NCBI GenBank assembly: GCA_001430755.1
Contig: CP013062.1
Location: forward strand, 900,001 to 932,000
Direction: 5' to 3'
Source of the DNA: Candidatus Peribacter riflensis
Lineage (GTDB): Bacteria; Patescibacteriota; Gracilibacteria; Peribacterales; Peribacteraceae
Length of the DNA stretch: 32,000 bases
Each line of letters begins with the position of its first letter. Position 1 is the stretch's first letter. Positions 7,396-14,784 of this stretch are shown in pieces. Position numbers and translations under genes: made by a program. The notes under the pieces are model-generated. The model was not told where the DNA came from. It saw nothing but the letters and a program-made list of their open reading frames with translations, and ran no database searches.

Positions 7396-8358
7396 ATGAA
7401 GCTCAACAAACTCTTTCATTCGGCCGTGCAGCACGGCATCGACGCAGACCCCCGCGGCCGCAAAGCCGTGGAGAAGCTTTTGAAGAAGCAGAAGGAGCGC
7501 GCCGCGAAGCTGGAAGGGGCAGAGAAGGAATACTTCGACGAGGAACGCCTGTGGAACCCGTACTCCGACAGCCGCATCATCGCAGGCACCGGCGAGGAGG
7601 ATATCAAGACCGTCATGGTCGGCATCGACATTGAAACCGAGGAGGTGCTGCTGGCAGACAGGCTCCGCGAGCGCGGCATGAAGATCGACGCCCTCATGCT
7701 CCACCACCCGGAAGGGCGCGCCCTCGGCGATCTGGAGAAGGTCATGCCACTGCAGGTCGATATGCTGGCACTGGTGGGCGTTCCGGTGAACGTGAGTGAG
7801 AATTACCTGCGCCCGCGCATGGACCGCGTGGCGCGCGCCGTGCATGCCGACAACCTCTTCTCCACGGAACGCGTGGCCGAGCTTCTAGATTTCCCTGCCT
7901 TCAACACGCACACGCCGGCGGATAACCAGGTGTGGCGCTTCATCGAGAAGACAATCTGCAACAAGGAATACGACGACCTCGGTGAGATCCTCAATGCCCT
8001 GCTCGAGATTCCGGAGTATCAGTACTACGCCAAGAAGGGTGTTCCGCCGATCATCGTGAACGGCAGCAAGGGCGGCCGACCCGGCAAGGTTGCGGCAACG
8101 GAATTCACCGGCGGCACCAATGGCCCCGAGGAACTGCTCGAAGCGCAGGCTGCGGCAGGAGTCGGCACCATCCTCTCGATGCACGTGACCGAGAAATCGC
8201 TGGAGAAAGCCAAGGAGAAACACGTGAACATGATTCAGTGCAGTCACATGGCCTCCGACGCCATCGGCATGAATCTGCTTTTAGACCTCCTCTGCAAAGA
8301 AGAGAAGCACTTGAAGACCATCGACGTCGCCGGCTTCATCCGGGTGAAGCGGAAGTAA
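7396..8358 (+). CDS. NIF3-like (GTP cyclohydrolase 1 type 2 / YbgI family) dinuclear-metal protein
   Basis: IDALMLHHPEG, FNTHTPADN and a C-terminal MIQCSHMASD. ATG at 7396 is preferred; TTG at 7354 is possible. Confidence 0.8.
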   Translation: MKLNKLFHSAVQHGIDADPRGRKAVEKLLKKQKERAAKLEGAEKEYFDEERLWNPYSDSRIIAGTGEEDIKTVMVGIDIETEEVLLADRLRERGMKIDALMLHHPEGRALGDLEKVMPLQVDMLALVGVPVNVSENYLRPRMDRVARAVHADNLFSTERVAELLDFPAFNTHTPADNQVWRFIEKTICNKEYDDLGEILNALLEIPEYQYYAKKGVPPIIVNGSKGGRPGKVAATEFTGGTNGPEELLEAQAAAGVGTILSMHVTEKSLEKAKEKHVNMIQCSHMASDAIGMNLLLDLLCKEEKHLKTIDVAGFIRVKRK

Positions 8359-8411
8359 GGGAAATATCAGCGAGTTCCCACCTCAATACTGTTTTTGCGA
8401 ATCCTGGAGGA

Positions 8412-8577
8412 GCGCGCCATCGGGGGTGAAGGGGGAGGCCCTGTCCCGCAGTCGCGGGACATGCCGACGAGTCGGCTCCGAAACCTTGGAGGAGCCAGCG
8501 AGGAGGCACAGGGCCGAGTGGAGTGGGGATTGGCGCGCCGGCGTTTTGGCTCCACCTTTGTCACGACAAAGGTGGAA
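8412..8577. repeat. Copy B of the ~166-nt structured intergenic element
   Basis: Same helices as copy A (8412-8419/8531-8538, 8437-8443/8509-8515, hairpin 8444-8459, terminal hairpin 8552-8575). It lies in the convergent gap between the NIF3-like gene and rplT. Confidence 0.6.
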
Positions 8578-8643
8578 AACAATAAAAGCAAAAACGGCAC
8601 AAACTCCGTATGAATCGTAAACAACAAGCAATAAAACTACTCT

Positions 8644-8994
8644 TCAGGCCTTCGCGCCCGCCACTTTCAGCACCGCATCGAAGGCAGCCGGCTCATGAAT
8701 GGCGAGCTCCGAGAGCACCTTGCGGTCGATGGCGATCTTCTTCTTGAGAATCTGACCCATCACTGTGGAGTACTTGAGCCCCCTCTCACGCAGTGCGGCA
8801 CTGAGACGGATGATCCAGAGGGAACGGAAATCACGCTTCTTGCGACGGCGATCCTTGTACGCATGCTGCCCCGCCTTCATCACGGCCTGCTGCGCCATGA
8901 CGAACGTGGTGCGACGCATGCCGCGGTAGCCCTTGGCGAGCTTGCGGATCTTTGCGTGACGACGATGCCGGACGATGCCACGTTTTACGCGCAT
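8644..8994 (-). CDS. rplT: 50S ribosomal protein L20
   Basis: MRVKRGIVRHRRHAKIRKLAKGYRG...RRKKRDFRSLWIIRLSAA. Confidence 0.95.
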   Translation of the reverse strand: MRVKRGIVRHRRHAKIRKLAKGYRGMRRTTFVMAQQAVMKAGQHAYKDRRRKKRDFRSLWIIRLSAALRERGLKYSTVMGQILKKKIAIDRKVLSELAIHEPAAFDAVLKVAGAKA

Positions 8995-8997
8995 GGA

Positions 8998-9192
8998 TTA
9001 GGCGTAGGGAGCAAGAGAGGAAAGTACTTTCTGGTTGACCGAATGTGCCACGACTGTGCGCTGCAGACCCTTCTGCCGCTTGCTCTTCTGCTGGAGCAGG
9101 TGACCGCGACCACGGCGCTTGAAGGCAAGCTTGCCCGATCCGGTGCGGAAGATCCGCTTCTTGGCGCCGCTGTGTGACTTGAGCTTGGGCAT
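8998..9192 (-). CDS. rpmI: 50S ribosomal protein L35
   Basis: [36 protein letters not shown] at 9192; the upstream extension in the track is not L35-like. Confidence 0.9.
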   Translation of the reverse strand: MPKLKSHSGAKKRIFRTGSGKLAFKRRGRGHLLQQKSKRQKGLQRTVVAHSVNQKVLSSLAPYA

Positions 9193-9306
9193 TGATCCTG
9201 AGGAATTCGAAGTACGTGAAAACAGGAAAGACGGCGAAGTGTAGCAGGGTAAGGGGATCGCTTTCAAAGAGAAATGAACTATTTTCCAAAGAATCTCCTC
9301 TCACAA

Positions 9307-9346
9307 ACCCTACACCCTACGCCCTACCCCCCGCCCTTCCTCCCCC
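9307..9346. repeat. Three tandem heptamers (NCCCTAC) followed by a C-run; G-rich on the transcribed minus strand
   Basis: aaccctac accctac gccctac cccccgcccttcctccccc, located directly 3' of the infC stop codon (9355-9357). Confidence 0.6.
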
Positions 9347-9354
9347 TGCTCTCA

Positions 9355-9903
9355 TCATCCTGAGTGCTTGGCTCTGAGGATAACATGGAACATCGGCCCC
9401 TGCTGCTTCAAATCCTGTTCCACGTCCGCGCAGTCCTTCAGGCCTTCCACGATGGCCAAAAGCTTTGCCTTGGCATAATCCTTATTCCCCAGTTCCCGGC
9501 CCCGCAGCCGCACGACGAATTTCACCAGGTGCCGGTCCTGAAAGAACTCCTTCGCACGCTCCATGAGACGCTCGATATCGTGTTTATCCGTACGGAAGCC
9601 GAACCGCAGCATCTTCACCTCCGTCTGCTTGCTGTGCACGCGCTGCTTCCGCTCCTTCTTGCGCAGCTGGTAGAGGTACTGCCCAAAATCCCCGATCTTC
9701 ACCACCGGCGGATTGGCCTTGGGCGAGACCTCGATCACATCCAGATCCTGCGAGCGTGCTTCCTGCAAGACATCGGCAAACAACCGTTCCTGGGCACCAT
9801 CGTCCGAAACCAGGAGCACCTGGGTCGCGCGAATCTCGTCATTGATACGTGGGCGCTTCTCCTGACGGGGAGGAATGTACGGGCCACGGCGTCGTTTTTG
9901 CAA
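9355..9903 (-). CDS. infC: Translation initiation factor IF-3
   Basis: INDEIRATQVLLVSDDG, LDVIEVSPKANPPVVKIGDFGQYLY and VKMLRFGFRTDKHD. The start codon read from the sequence is TTG. Confidence 0.9.
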   Translation of the reverse strand: MQKRRRGPYIPPRQEKRPRINDEIRATQVLLVSDDGAQERLFADVLQEARSQDLDVIEVSPKANPPVVKIGDFGQYLYQLRKKERKQRVHSKQTEVKMLRFGFRTDKHDIERLMERAKEFFQDRHLVKFVVRLRGRELGNKDYAKAKLLAIVEGLKDCADVEQDLKQQGPMFHVILRAKHSG

Positions 9904-9988
9904 AGAGGAAGAAGGGAAAGGAGCGAGAGAAGCCTAAAACAAGCACAGAGATGCAGCAAGAGCATTGTCTACAATACCGATGGGCCCC

Positions 9989-10858
9989 CTAGGTCGTCCG
10001 CCGGAGGAGGGAGAGCGAGAGGGTGAGCCGGTACCAGTCGCCGAGCGAGCCCGGCGAGAGCTCCATGCGATCAATAGTGAGAAACTCCATGGGCCAGAGA
10101 CGGGAACGCTCCATGGCCTGGCCGATCGGTCCGCGGTAGAACTCCTTCGCCTCCCGCAGGAGGGATGCATCCGTCGCAGTCTGGAATGCAGAAAGAAATC
10201 CTTCACTCTGGAGCGAACGTTTGAGCATCTCCTCGAACGGGCGTGGCTCCTGCGCGTAGCGGAAGAGATCAGTCGAGAAGAACTGCTCCAGCGCAACGAT
10301 GCCCGCAGGATTCTCCTCTTCCGTCGCACGAATGAGAGCGTTCTTTTCTGCGGATGTCAGTGCATCGCCTACAGTGAGCAGCCCCGCCAGTCGTATGAAG
10401 GCAAGCACCCGCTGCACACCGGCACTCCGCACAGAGAGTTGTACGGTGAGAGGAGTCGCTGCCATGCCATCCTCCCGCACATGTTCCTTGCCCACTTCGA
10501 TTGGCGACAGCATTCCCATCACGCCCTGTTCCTCCAATCCGCTGCGCAGCACTTCGAGGGCCGCCAGTGCCCGCGATACATCTGTTTCTGCAGGGAGCAC
10601 CGAGACGCGGATGCGTTCGAGTTGCGATCCTGTTTTCAGTGCGGCATCGAGCTCGGCAACTTCCACCTGCTCTTTGAGCAACGAAAGACGCCGCTCAAGT
10701 GACGGAAGAGCCGCCAGCAGAGGGAGCGCCGTTTCGCGCACGGTCGCCACCTGTTGCACGTGCGCCATGAGCAGCAGAACCGTGAACGCCAGCGATACCA
10801 CTCCGACGAAGCCGAGCGTGATGGTAGAGCCGGCACATGCGCGCAGAAATCGCATCAT
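9989..10858 (-). CDS. Single-pass membrane protein, PilO-like architecture with an extra C-terminal domain
   Basis: N-terminal TM segment, a coiled-coil-like stretch, then VLPAETDVSRALAALEVL...PLTVQLSVRSAGVQRVLAFIRLAGL, which resembles the PilO core pattern. 4-nt overlap with the upstream gene. The family call is weak. Confidence 0.5.
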   Translation of the reverse strand: MMRFLRACAGSTITLGFVGVVSLAFTVLLLMAHVQQVATVRETALPLLAALPSLERRLSLLKEQVEVAELDAALKTGSQLERIRVSVLPAETDVSRALAALEVLRSGLEEQGVMGMLSPIEVGKEHVREDGMAATPLTVQLSVRSAGVQRVLAFIRLAGLLTVGDALTSAEKNALIRATEEENPAGIVALEQFFSTDLFRYAQEPRPFEEMLKRSLQSEGFLSAFQTATDASLLREAKEFYRGPIGQAMERSRLWPMEFLTIDRMELSPGSLGDWYRLTLSLSLLRRTT

Positions 10859-11475
10859 CGCATGATCACGCGAAGCATGAAGGGGGAATGGAATCCGATC
10901 GTCTCATCGCGCTCGCGGCTGAATGTGGGAAAGTCACTGCGTTCGACGCCGGGCATGGCCTGCACGGCTTTCGCAAACTGCGCGAGGACCGCCATGCTCT
11001 GCAGCCCCACATTCCGCACATCGCCCTTCAGGATAATCGCCCCCTTCTCCCACACCATAGACTGGATTACCACTGCCTGTGGCTGCTCCGGCAGGAAGGT
11101 GTGTGCGACGTTCCGGAACTGCTCGAACAGAGCGAAGAATTGCGGTTGTGACATTTTTTCCTGCACGAGTGCGCCGTAGGGGGAACGATCCAGCGGCAGG
11201 ATGAGGGCAAGCCGTTTGTCTTCCATGCCCCGCATGGCGGCGCGCACCTCCTGTGCGTATGCCTGCAGACGGCTGGGATCCTGGGGTACGCCGTGCAGAT
11301 CGACCCGCGTGAAGCGCGGCAGCAGCAGGTACCACGAAAGGAGCAGGAGCGAGAGGAGCACCACGCTGAAGAGCGCGAATGGAAAGAGCACCCTGCGAAG
11401 CACCTCCCGCGGACCCGGGGCGAGCGGCACCTCCGCCCTTAATTTCTCGGCGATTGCGGCAGGAATTTGTGTCAT
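10855..11475 (-). CDS. Single-pass membrane protein, PilN-like architecture
   Basis: One TM segment (FALFSVVLLSLLLLSWYLLL), then AIILKGDVRNVGLQSMAVLAQFAKAVQAMPGV, which resembles the PilN C-terminal pattern. ATG at 11475 is preferred because a TATAAT box lies between it and the GTG at 11517. Confidence 0.5.
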   Translation of the reverse strand: MTQIPAAIAEKLRAEVPLAPGPREVLRRVLFPFALFSVVLLSLLLLSWYLLLPRFTRVDLHGVPQDPSRLQAYAQEVRAAMRGMEDKRLALILPLDRSPYGALVQEKMSQPQFFALFEQFRNVAHTFLPEQPQAVVIQSMVWEKGAIILKGDVRNVGLQSMAVLAQFAKAVQAMPGVERSDFPTFSRERDETIGFHSPFMLRVIMR

Positions 11476-11487
11476 AGGTTTCCGTAT

Positions 11488-11493
11488 ATTATA
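11488..11493 (-). promoter_or_regulatory. -10 box (TATAAT on the minus strand) 12 nt upstream of the ATG at 11475
   Basis: The plus strand reads attata at 11488-11493. There is no convincing -35 box. Confidence 0.3.
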
Positions 11494-11641
11494 GCCAAAA
11501 TATGGAGTTTTAGCCACTGACGATGATTTGCGTAACTGAAGAGTTGTATTCTCGTATCATCCATAGGAAACAGGGTGCTTCCGCACCTGCCCTTCGCACC
11601 GAAACGGGCGTATACTGCTTCCGTACTTTCCTCCTTCTCCC

Positions 11642-12722
11642 GTGGAAGATCTGCTGACAAAGCTTCGTGATCTCAAATCCGCGATCGCAACGGGGAAGGA
11701 CTCTCTTTGAGGCAAAAGGCCTTCCCAAGCGCATTCAGGACCTGACGGCGCAGACAAGTGCCCCGGATATCTGGAACGACCAGAAGCGCGCACAGGCCCT
11801 CTTCACCGAACTCAAGGTTCTCAAGAAACAATGGGAGCCGATGCAGAACATTGCCGATGAGGTGCAGGCACTGCTCGAGATGACTGAAGCCGCCTCGACG
11901 GAGGAACAGATCGCGCTCACGGAAGATGTGGAGCGGCTGGAAAAGGAATGGGCCGCCCTCGAAACGCAGCTTTACCTGAGCGGAGAATTCGACGCCTTCA
12001 ACTGCTACCTCACCGTGAGCGGCGGGGCGGGCGGCACCGAGGCGCAGGACTGGGCCGCCATGCTCATGCGTATGTACCTGCGATACTGCGAACGACAGAG
12101 GTGGAAGACGACCATTGTCGAGAAAACCGACGGGCAGGAGGCAGGCATTAAATCCGCCACCATCCACGTCGAGGGCGAATTCGCGTACGGCAATCTGAAG
12201 TGTGAAAAGGGAACGCACCGCCTCGTGCGCCTCTCGCCGTTCAACGCCAAGAGTCTGCGGCAGACCAGCTTCGCGCTCGTAGAAGTACTGCCGGAACTCC
12301 CGGAATCGACGGGGGTGGAGATCAATCCCTCGGATCTGCGGATCGACACCTACCGCAGCGGTGGAGCGGGCGGGCAGAACGTGAACAAAGTCGAGAGCGC
12401 CATCCGCATCACGCATCTTCCCACCGGCATCGTCGTCGCCTGCCAGAACGAGCGCAGCCAGCTCCAGAACCGCGCCCAGGCCATGAATATGTTGCGCGCC
12501 AAGCTGCTCGAGAAGGAACGGCTCGAACGGCAGGAGACAAAAGCGGAACTCAAGGGCGCCAGGCAGAGCGCCGACTTCGGTCAGCAGATCCGCAGTTACG
12601 TCCTGCATCCCTACCAGATGGTAAAGGACCTGCGCACAGATACCGAGACCAGCAATACCACAGGAGTGCTGGACGGCGACATCCAGCAATTCATTGATGC
12701 GGAGCTGAGACGAGGGAATTAA
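11642..12722 (+). CDS. prfB: Peptide chain release factor 2 with programmed +1 frameshift (frame 0: 11642-11707; frame +1: 11709-12722)
   Basis: SPF tripeptide, GGQ motif ([25 protein letters not shown]) and the slip site tct CTT TGA g at 11705-11711 preceded by GGGGAAGGA. The frame-0 peptide [22 protein letters not shown] starts at a GTG. Confidence 0.9.
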
Positions 12723-12804
12723 GAATGATGAATAAAGAATTATGAATGAAGAATAAGAAAGGCAAGCCGTGCATAATTCTTAATTTTTACTTCATAATTC
12801 TTCG

Positions 12805-12832
12805 AAAAAGCGCCCCTTGCGGAGCGCTTTCG
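12805..12832 (-). terminator. Intrinsic terminator of the histone-fold gene
   Basis: The minus strand reads AAAGCGCUCC-GCAA-GGGGCGCUUUUU. The one non-Watson-Crick pair is G-U on the minus strand but C-A on the plus strand, and the U-run follows only on the minus strand. Confidence 0.65.
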
Positions 12833-12852
12833 ATTCGAAAGAAAAACAGGAT

Positions 12853-13023
12853 TTACAAGTCGCAGGCGCGGACCGTCTTGCGGCCGTTCTCCTGGGCACG
12901 CTTGGCGGCCTTCTTGAGAGCATCCTCGAGGTACTTGCTGGCGGCATCAGCGAGATCGCCGGCCGTCATCATGTCGGCAGCCTTGAGAAGCTCCTTGACC
13001 TTGGAAGCAACGACGTAGCTCAT
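12853..13023 (-). CDS. Bacterial histone-fold protein (DUF1931 / singlet histone, 56 aa)
   Basis: MSYVVASKVKELLKAADMMTAGDLADAASKYLEDALKKAAKRAQENGRKTVRACDL. The N-terminal VV.SKVKE and C-terminal NGRKTV...DL are the patterns I recall for DUF1931 and Bdellovibrio-type histones, and GRKT is shared with archaeal histones. It has its own terminator and a promoter-like upstream region. Confidence 0.7.
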   Translation of the reverse strand: MSYVVASKVKELLKAADMMTAGDLADAASKYLEDALKKAAKRAQENGRKTVRACDL

Positions 13024-13055
13024 GAAATAGGGGGGAAAAAATAAGGAACGGGAGG

Positions 13056-13085
13056 ATTCTACGCACCCCTGTTTCCCCGCTGCAA
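13056..13085 (-). promoter_or_regulatory. Candidate promoter of the histone-fold gene
   Basis: Minus strand: TTGCAG (13085-13080), 18-nt spacer, TAGAAT (13061-13056), then a ~30-nt pyrimidine-rich leader. Confidence 0.3.
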
Positions 13086-13268
13086 GTGCAAAAACACGTC
13101 TTTTGGGCAAATTCTCCTCAAAATTTCAATTGACCGGCATGGCCTTCCCCTGCGCAACATGTTCATGTTGATTGCGATAAACCTTGTCATATTGCCAAAT
13201 GGTACGCAAAATCGATGACCAACACACTTTTCCCTGTACCGGTCACTATCGCGGATAACCAAAGAATG

Positions 13269-14492
13269 TCACAGCACTCCCGCGACAGTCTCCCATAGAC
13301 GAAACCCGAGAAAGCTGACCACGAGGATGAATCCGAGGAGCGGGATGACAAGAGGAAACGTCGGAATCCCTTTCGGATGGGGCTCGCGGATCTTCACGCA
13401 CACACAGGCGGCATTCACGAATGCGTAGACAATGAGCACGGTGAAGCTGGTGAGCTCGGCCAGCGAAACCAGTGGAAGCCAGAGCGCGAAGACGATCCCG
13501 AGTATCGACACCAGCACAGTGGCGACGACGGGAGTGTGCCTGGTGGGATGTACCCGGCTGAGCAAGCCGGGAAGCCAGCGCTGTCTGCTCAGGCCGTAGA
13601 GAATGCGCGAGCCTAAAATGACCTGCACCAGAATACCATTCGCAATGGCAAAGAGACCGATGAACGTGATGATGATGGGCGGAGAACCGGTCGTCCGCTC
13701 ATAGAGGAGTGCCAGCGGTGCATCGGTTGCAGCGAGCTCCTGTGCGGGAAGGTTGAGCACCGCAACCACCGCGATGACGCAGTACAGCAGTGTGGAGGTG
13801 AAAACGGCCAGCAGGATCCCGAGCGGGAGATTGCGGTGGGGATCTTTCACCTCCTCCGCGATGTTCGCCATATCCTCGAAACCGATGAAAGCGTAGAACG
13901 CGATGAAGGCGCCCGCGAGAATAGGGGGCCAGACCGCCATGTCCGCCGGAGGAACGAGCTCGATCGCACGCATTGGGAACGTGAACAACCCTTCGCGCCC
14001 CACCCAGATGATGAGCAGGAGTCCGCCGATCTCAATGAGTGTGAAGAGGGAGGCCATAAAGGCAGATTCCCTGATGCCGTACAGGGCAATCGCCGTCGCA
14101 ATCAGAACCGTGACCGCAATGACCGGGCCGGGTGCAACCGGAATAAAAACCTGCAGATACCCGACGAAGGCATTCGTCAGGACACCCACAGACACAATGG
14201 CGGAGAAGGTGACGAGCAGGCCGATGATGGTGGAAAGCGCGGGGATGCCGAACGCACGGACGGTATAGACCGCTTCGCCGCCGCTCCTCGGGTAGCGCGC
14301 CGAGAGCTCCGCGTACGAAAATCCTGTCAGCGCGGCCAGGACAGCAGCGACGACGAATGCAGCCGGTGCGAAGAGCCCGGCCTCTCCTGCCACTTTGCCA
14401 ACGAGCGAGTAGATGCCCGCTCCGAGAATGGAACCCAGCCCATAGAACGTGAAGAGCGAGAGCGAGAGCCGGCGCTGGAGCTGAGGGGACAT
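13269..14492 (-). CDS. APC-superfamily amino acid permease
   Basis: About 12 hydrophobic segments, including LGSILGAGIYSLVG and FSYAELSARYPRSGGEAVY. ATG at 14492; the longer track ORF reads through the tRNA gene on the opposite strand. Confidence 0.85.
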   Translation of the reverse strand: MSPQLQRRLSLSLFTFYGLGSILGAGIYSLVGKVAGEAGLFAPAAFVVAAVLAALTGFSYAELSARYPRSGGEAVYTVRAFGIPALSTIIGLLVTFSAIVSVGVLTNAFVGYLQVFIPVAPGPVIAVTVLIATAIALYGIRESAFMASLFTLIEIGGLLLIIWVGREGLFTFPMRAIELVPPADMAVWPPILAGAFIAFYAFIGFEDMANIAEEVKDPHRNLPLGILLAVFTSTLLYCVIAVVAVLNLPAQELAATDAPLALLYERTTGSPPIIITFIGLFAIANGILVQVILGSRILYGLSRQRWLPGLLSRVHPTRHTPVVATVLVSILGIVFALWLPLVSLAELTSFTVLIVYAFVNAACVCVKIREPHPKGIPTFPLVIPLLGFILVVSFLGFRLWETVAGVL

Positions 14493-14610
14493 GAGAGAAA
14501 TTACATACAGAATAGAGGGTCTCCGAGCGAAAAAACATGGCAGGTCAGGGAGCGACTGAGCGGCTGACACAGAAACCGAAAAATCTTCCCTCGCTGCGAG
14601 GAACGTCCGG

Positions 14611-14616
14611 TACAAT
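14611..14616 (+). promoter_or_regulatory. -10 box (TACAAT) 10 nt upstream of the mature tRNA-Ser 5' end
   Basis: tacaatcggga is almost identical to tataatcggga at 14769-14779. Confidence 0.35.
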
Positions 14617-14626
14617 CGGGATGCGT

Positions 14627-14717
14627 GGAGGGATGGCCGAGTGGTTGAAGGCGCACGACTCGAAATCGTGTAGGCCCCCAAAGGGTCTCGAGGGTTCGAA
14701 TCCCTCTCCCTCCGCCA
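14627..14717 (+). tRNA. tRNA-Ser, anticodon CGA, long variable arm, CCA encoded
   Basis: GGAGGGA acceptor stem pairs with TCCCTCC. Anticodon stem CACGA/TCGTG with loop CT-CGA-AA. T-arm GGTTCGAATCC. The 3' end is GCCA. Confidence 0.95.
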
Positions 14718-14746
14718 GTCTGCACCCCGCCGTACGAGACGAACGC

Positions 14747-14774
14747 ATGACAGTGTGTCGATGCCCTGTATAAT
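14747..14774 (+). promoter_or_regulatory. Sigma70-type promoter of the SGNH-like / carbamoyltransferase operon
   Basis: ATGACA (14747-14752), 16-nt spacer, TATAAT (14769-14774). The ATG at 14785 is 10 nt downstream of the -10 box. Confidence 0.45.
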
Positions 14775-14784
14775 CGGGAGCAAC

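Noticed and set aside
11673-12689. 338-aa minus-strand ORF
   Set aside because: It is antisense to prfB and has no recognisable motifs. Same GC-driven artefact.
14611-14779. 11-nt direct repeats TA(C/T)AATCGGGA flanking tRNA-Ser as attachment-site scars of an integrated element
   Set aside because: There is no integrase or foreign-looking cargo nearby. Both repeats sit at the distance expected for -10 boxes of the tRNA and the downstream operon, which is the simpler explanation.
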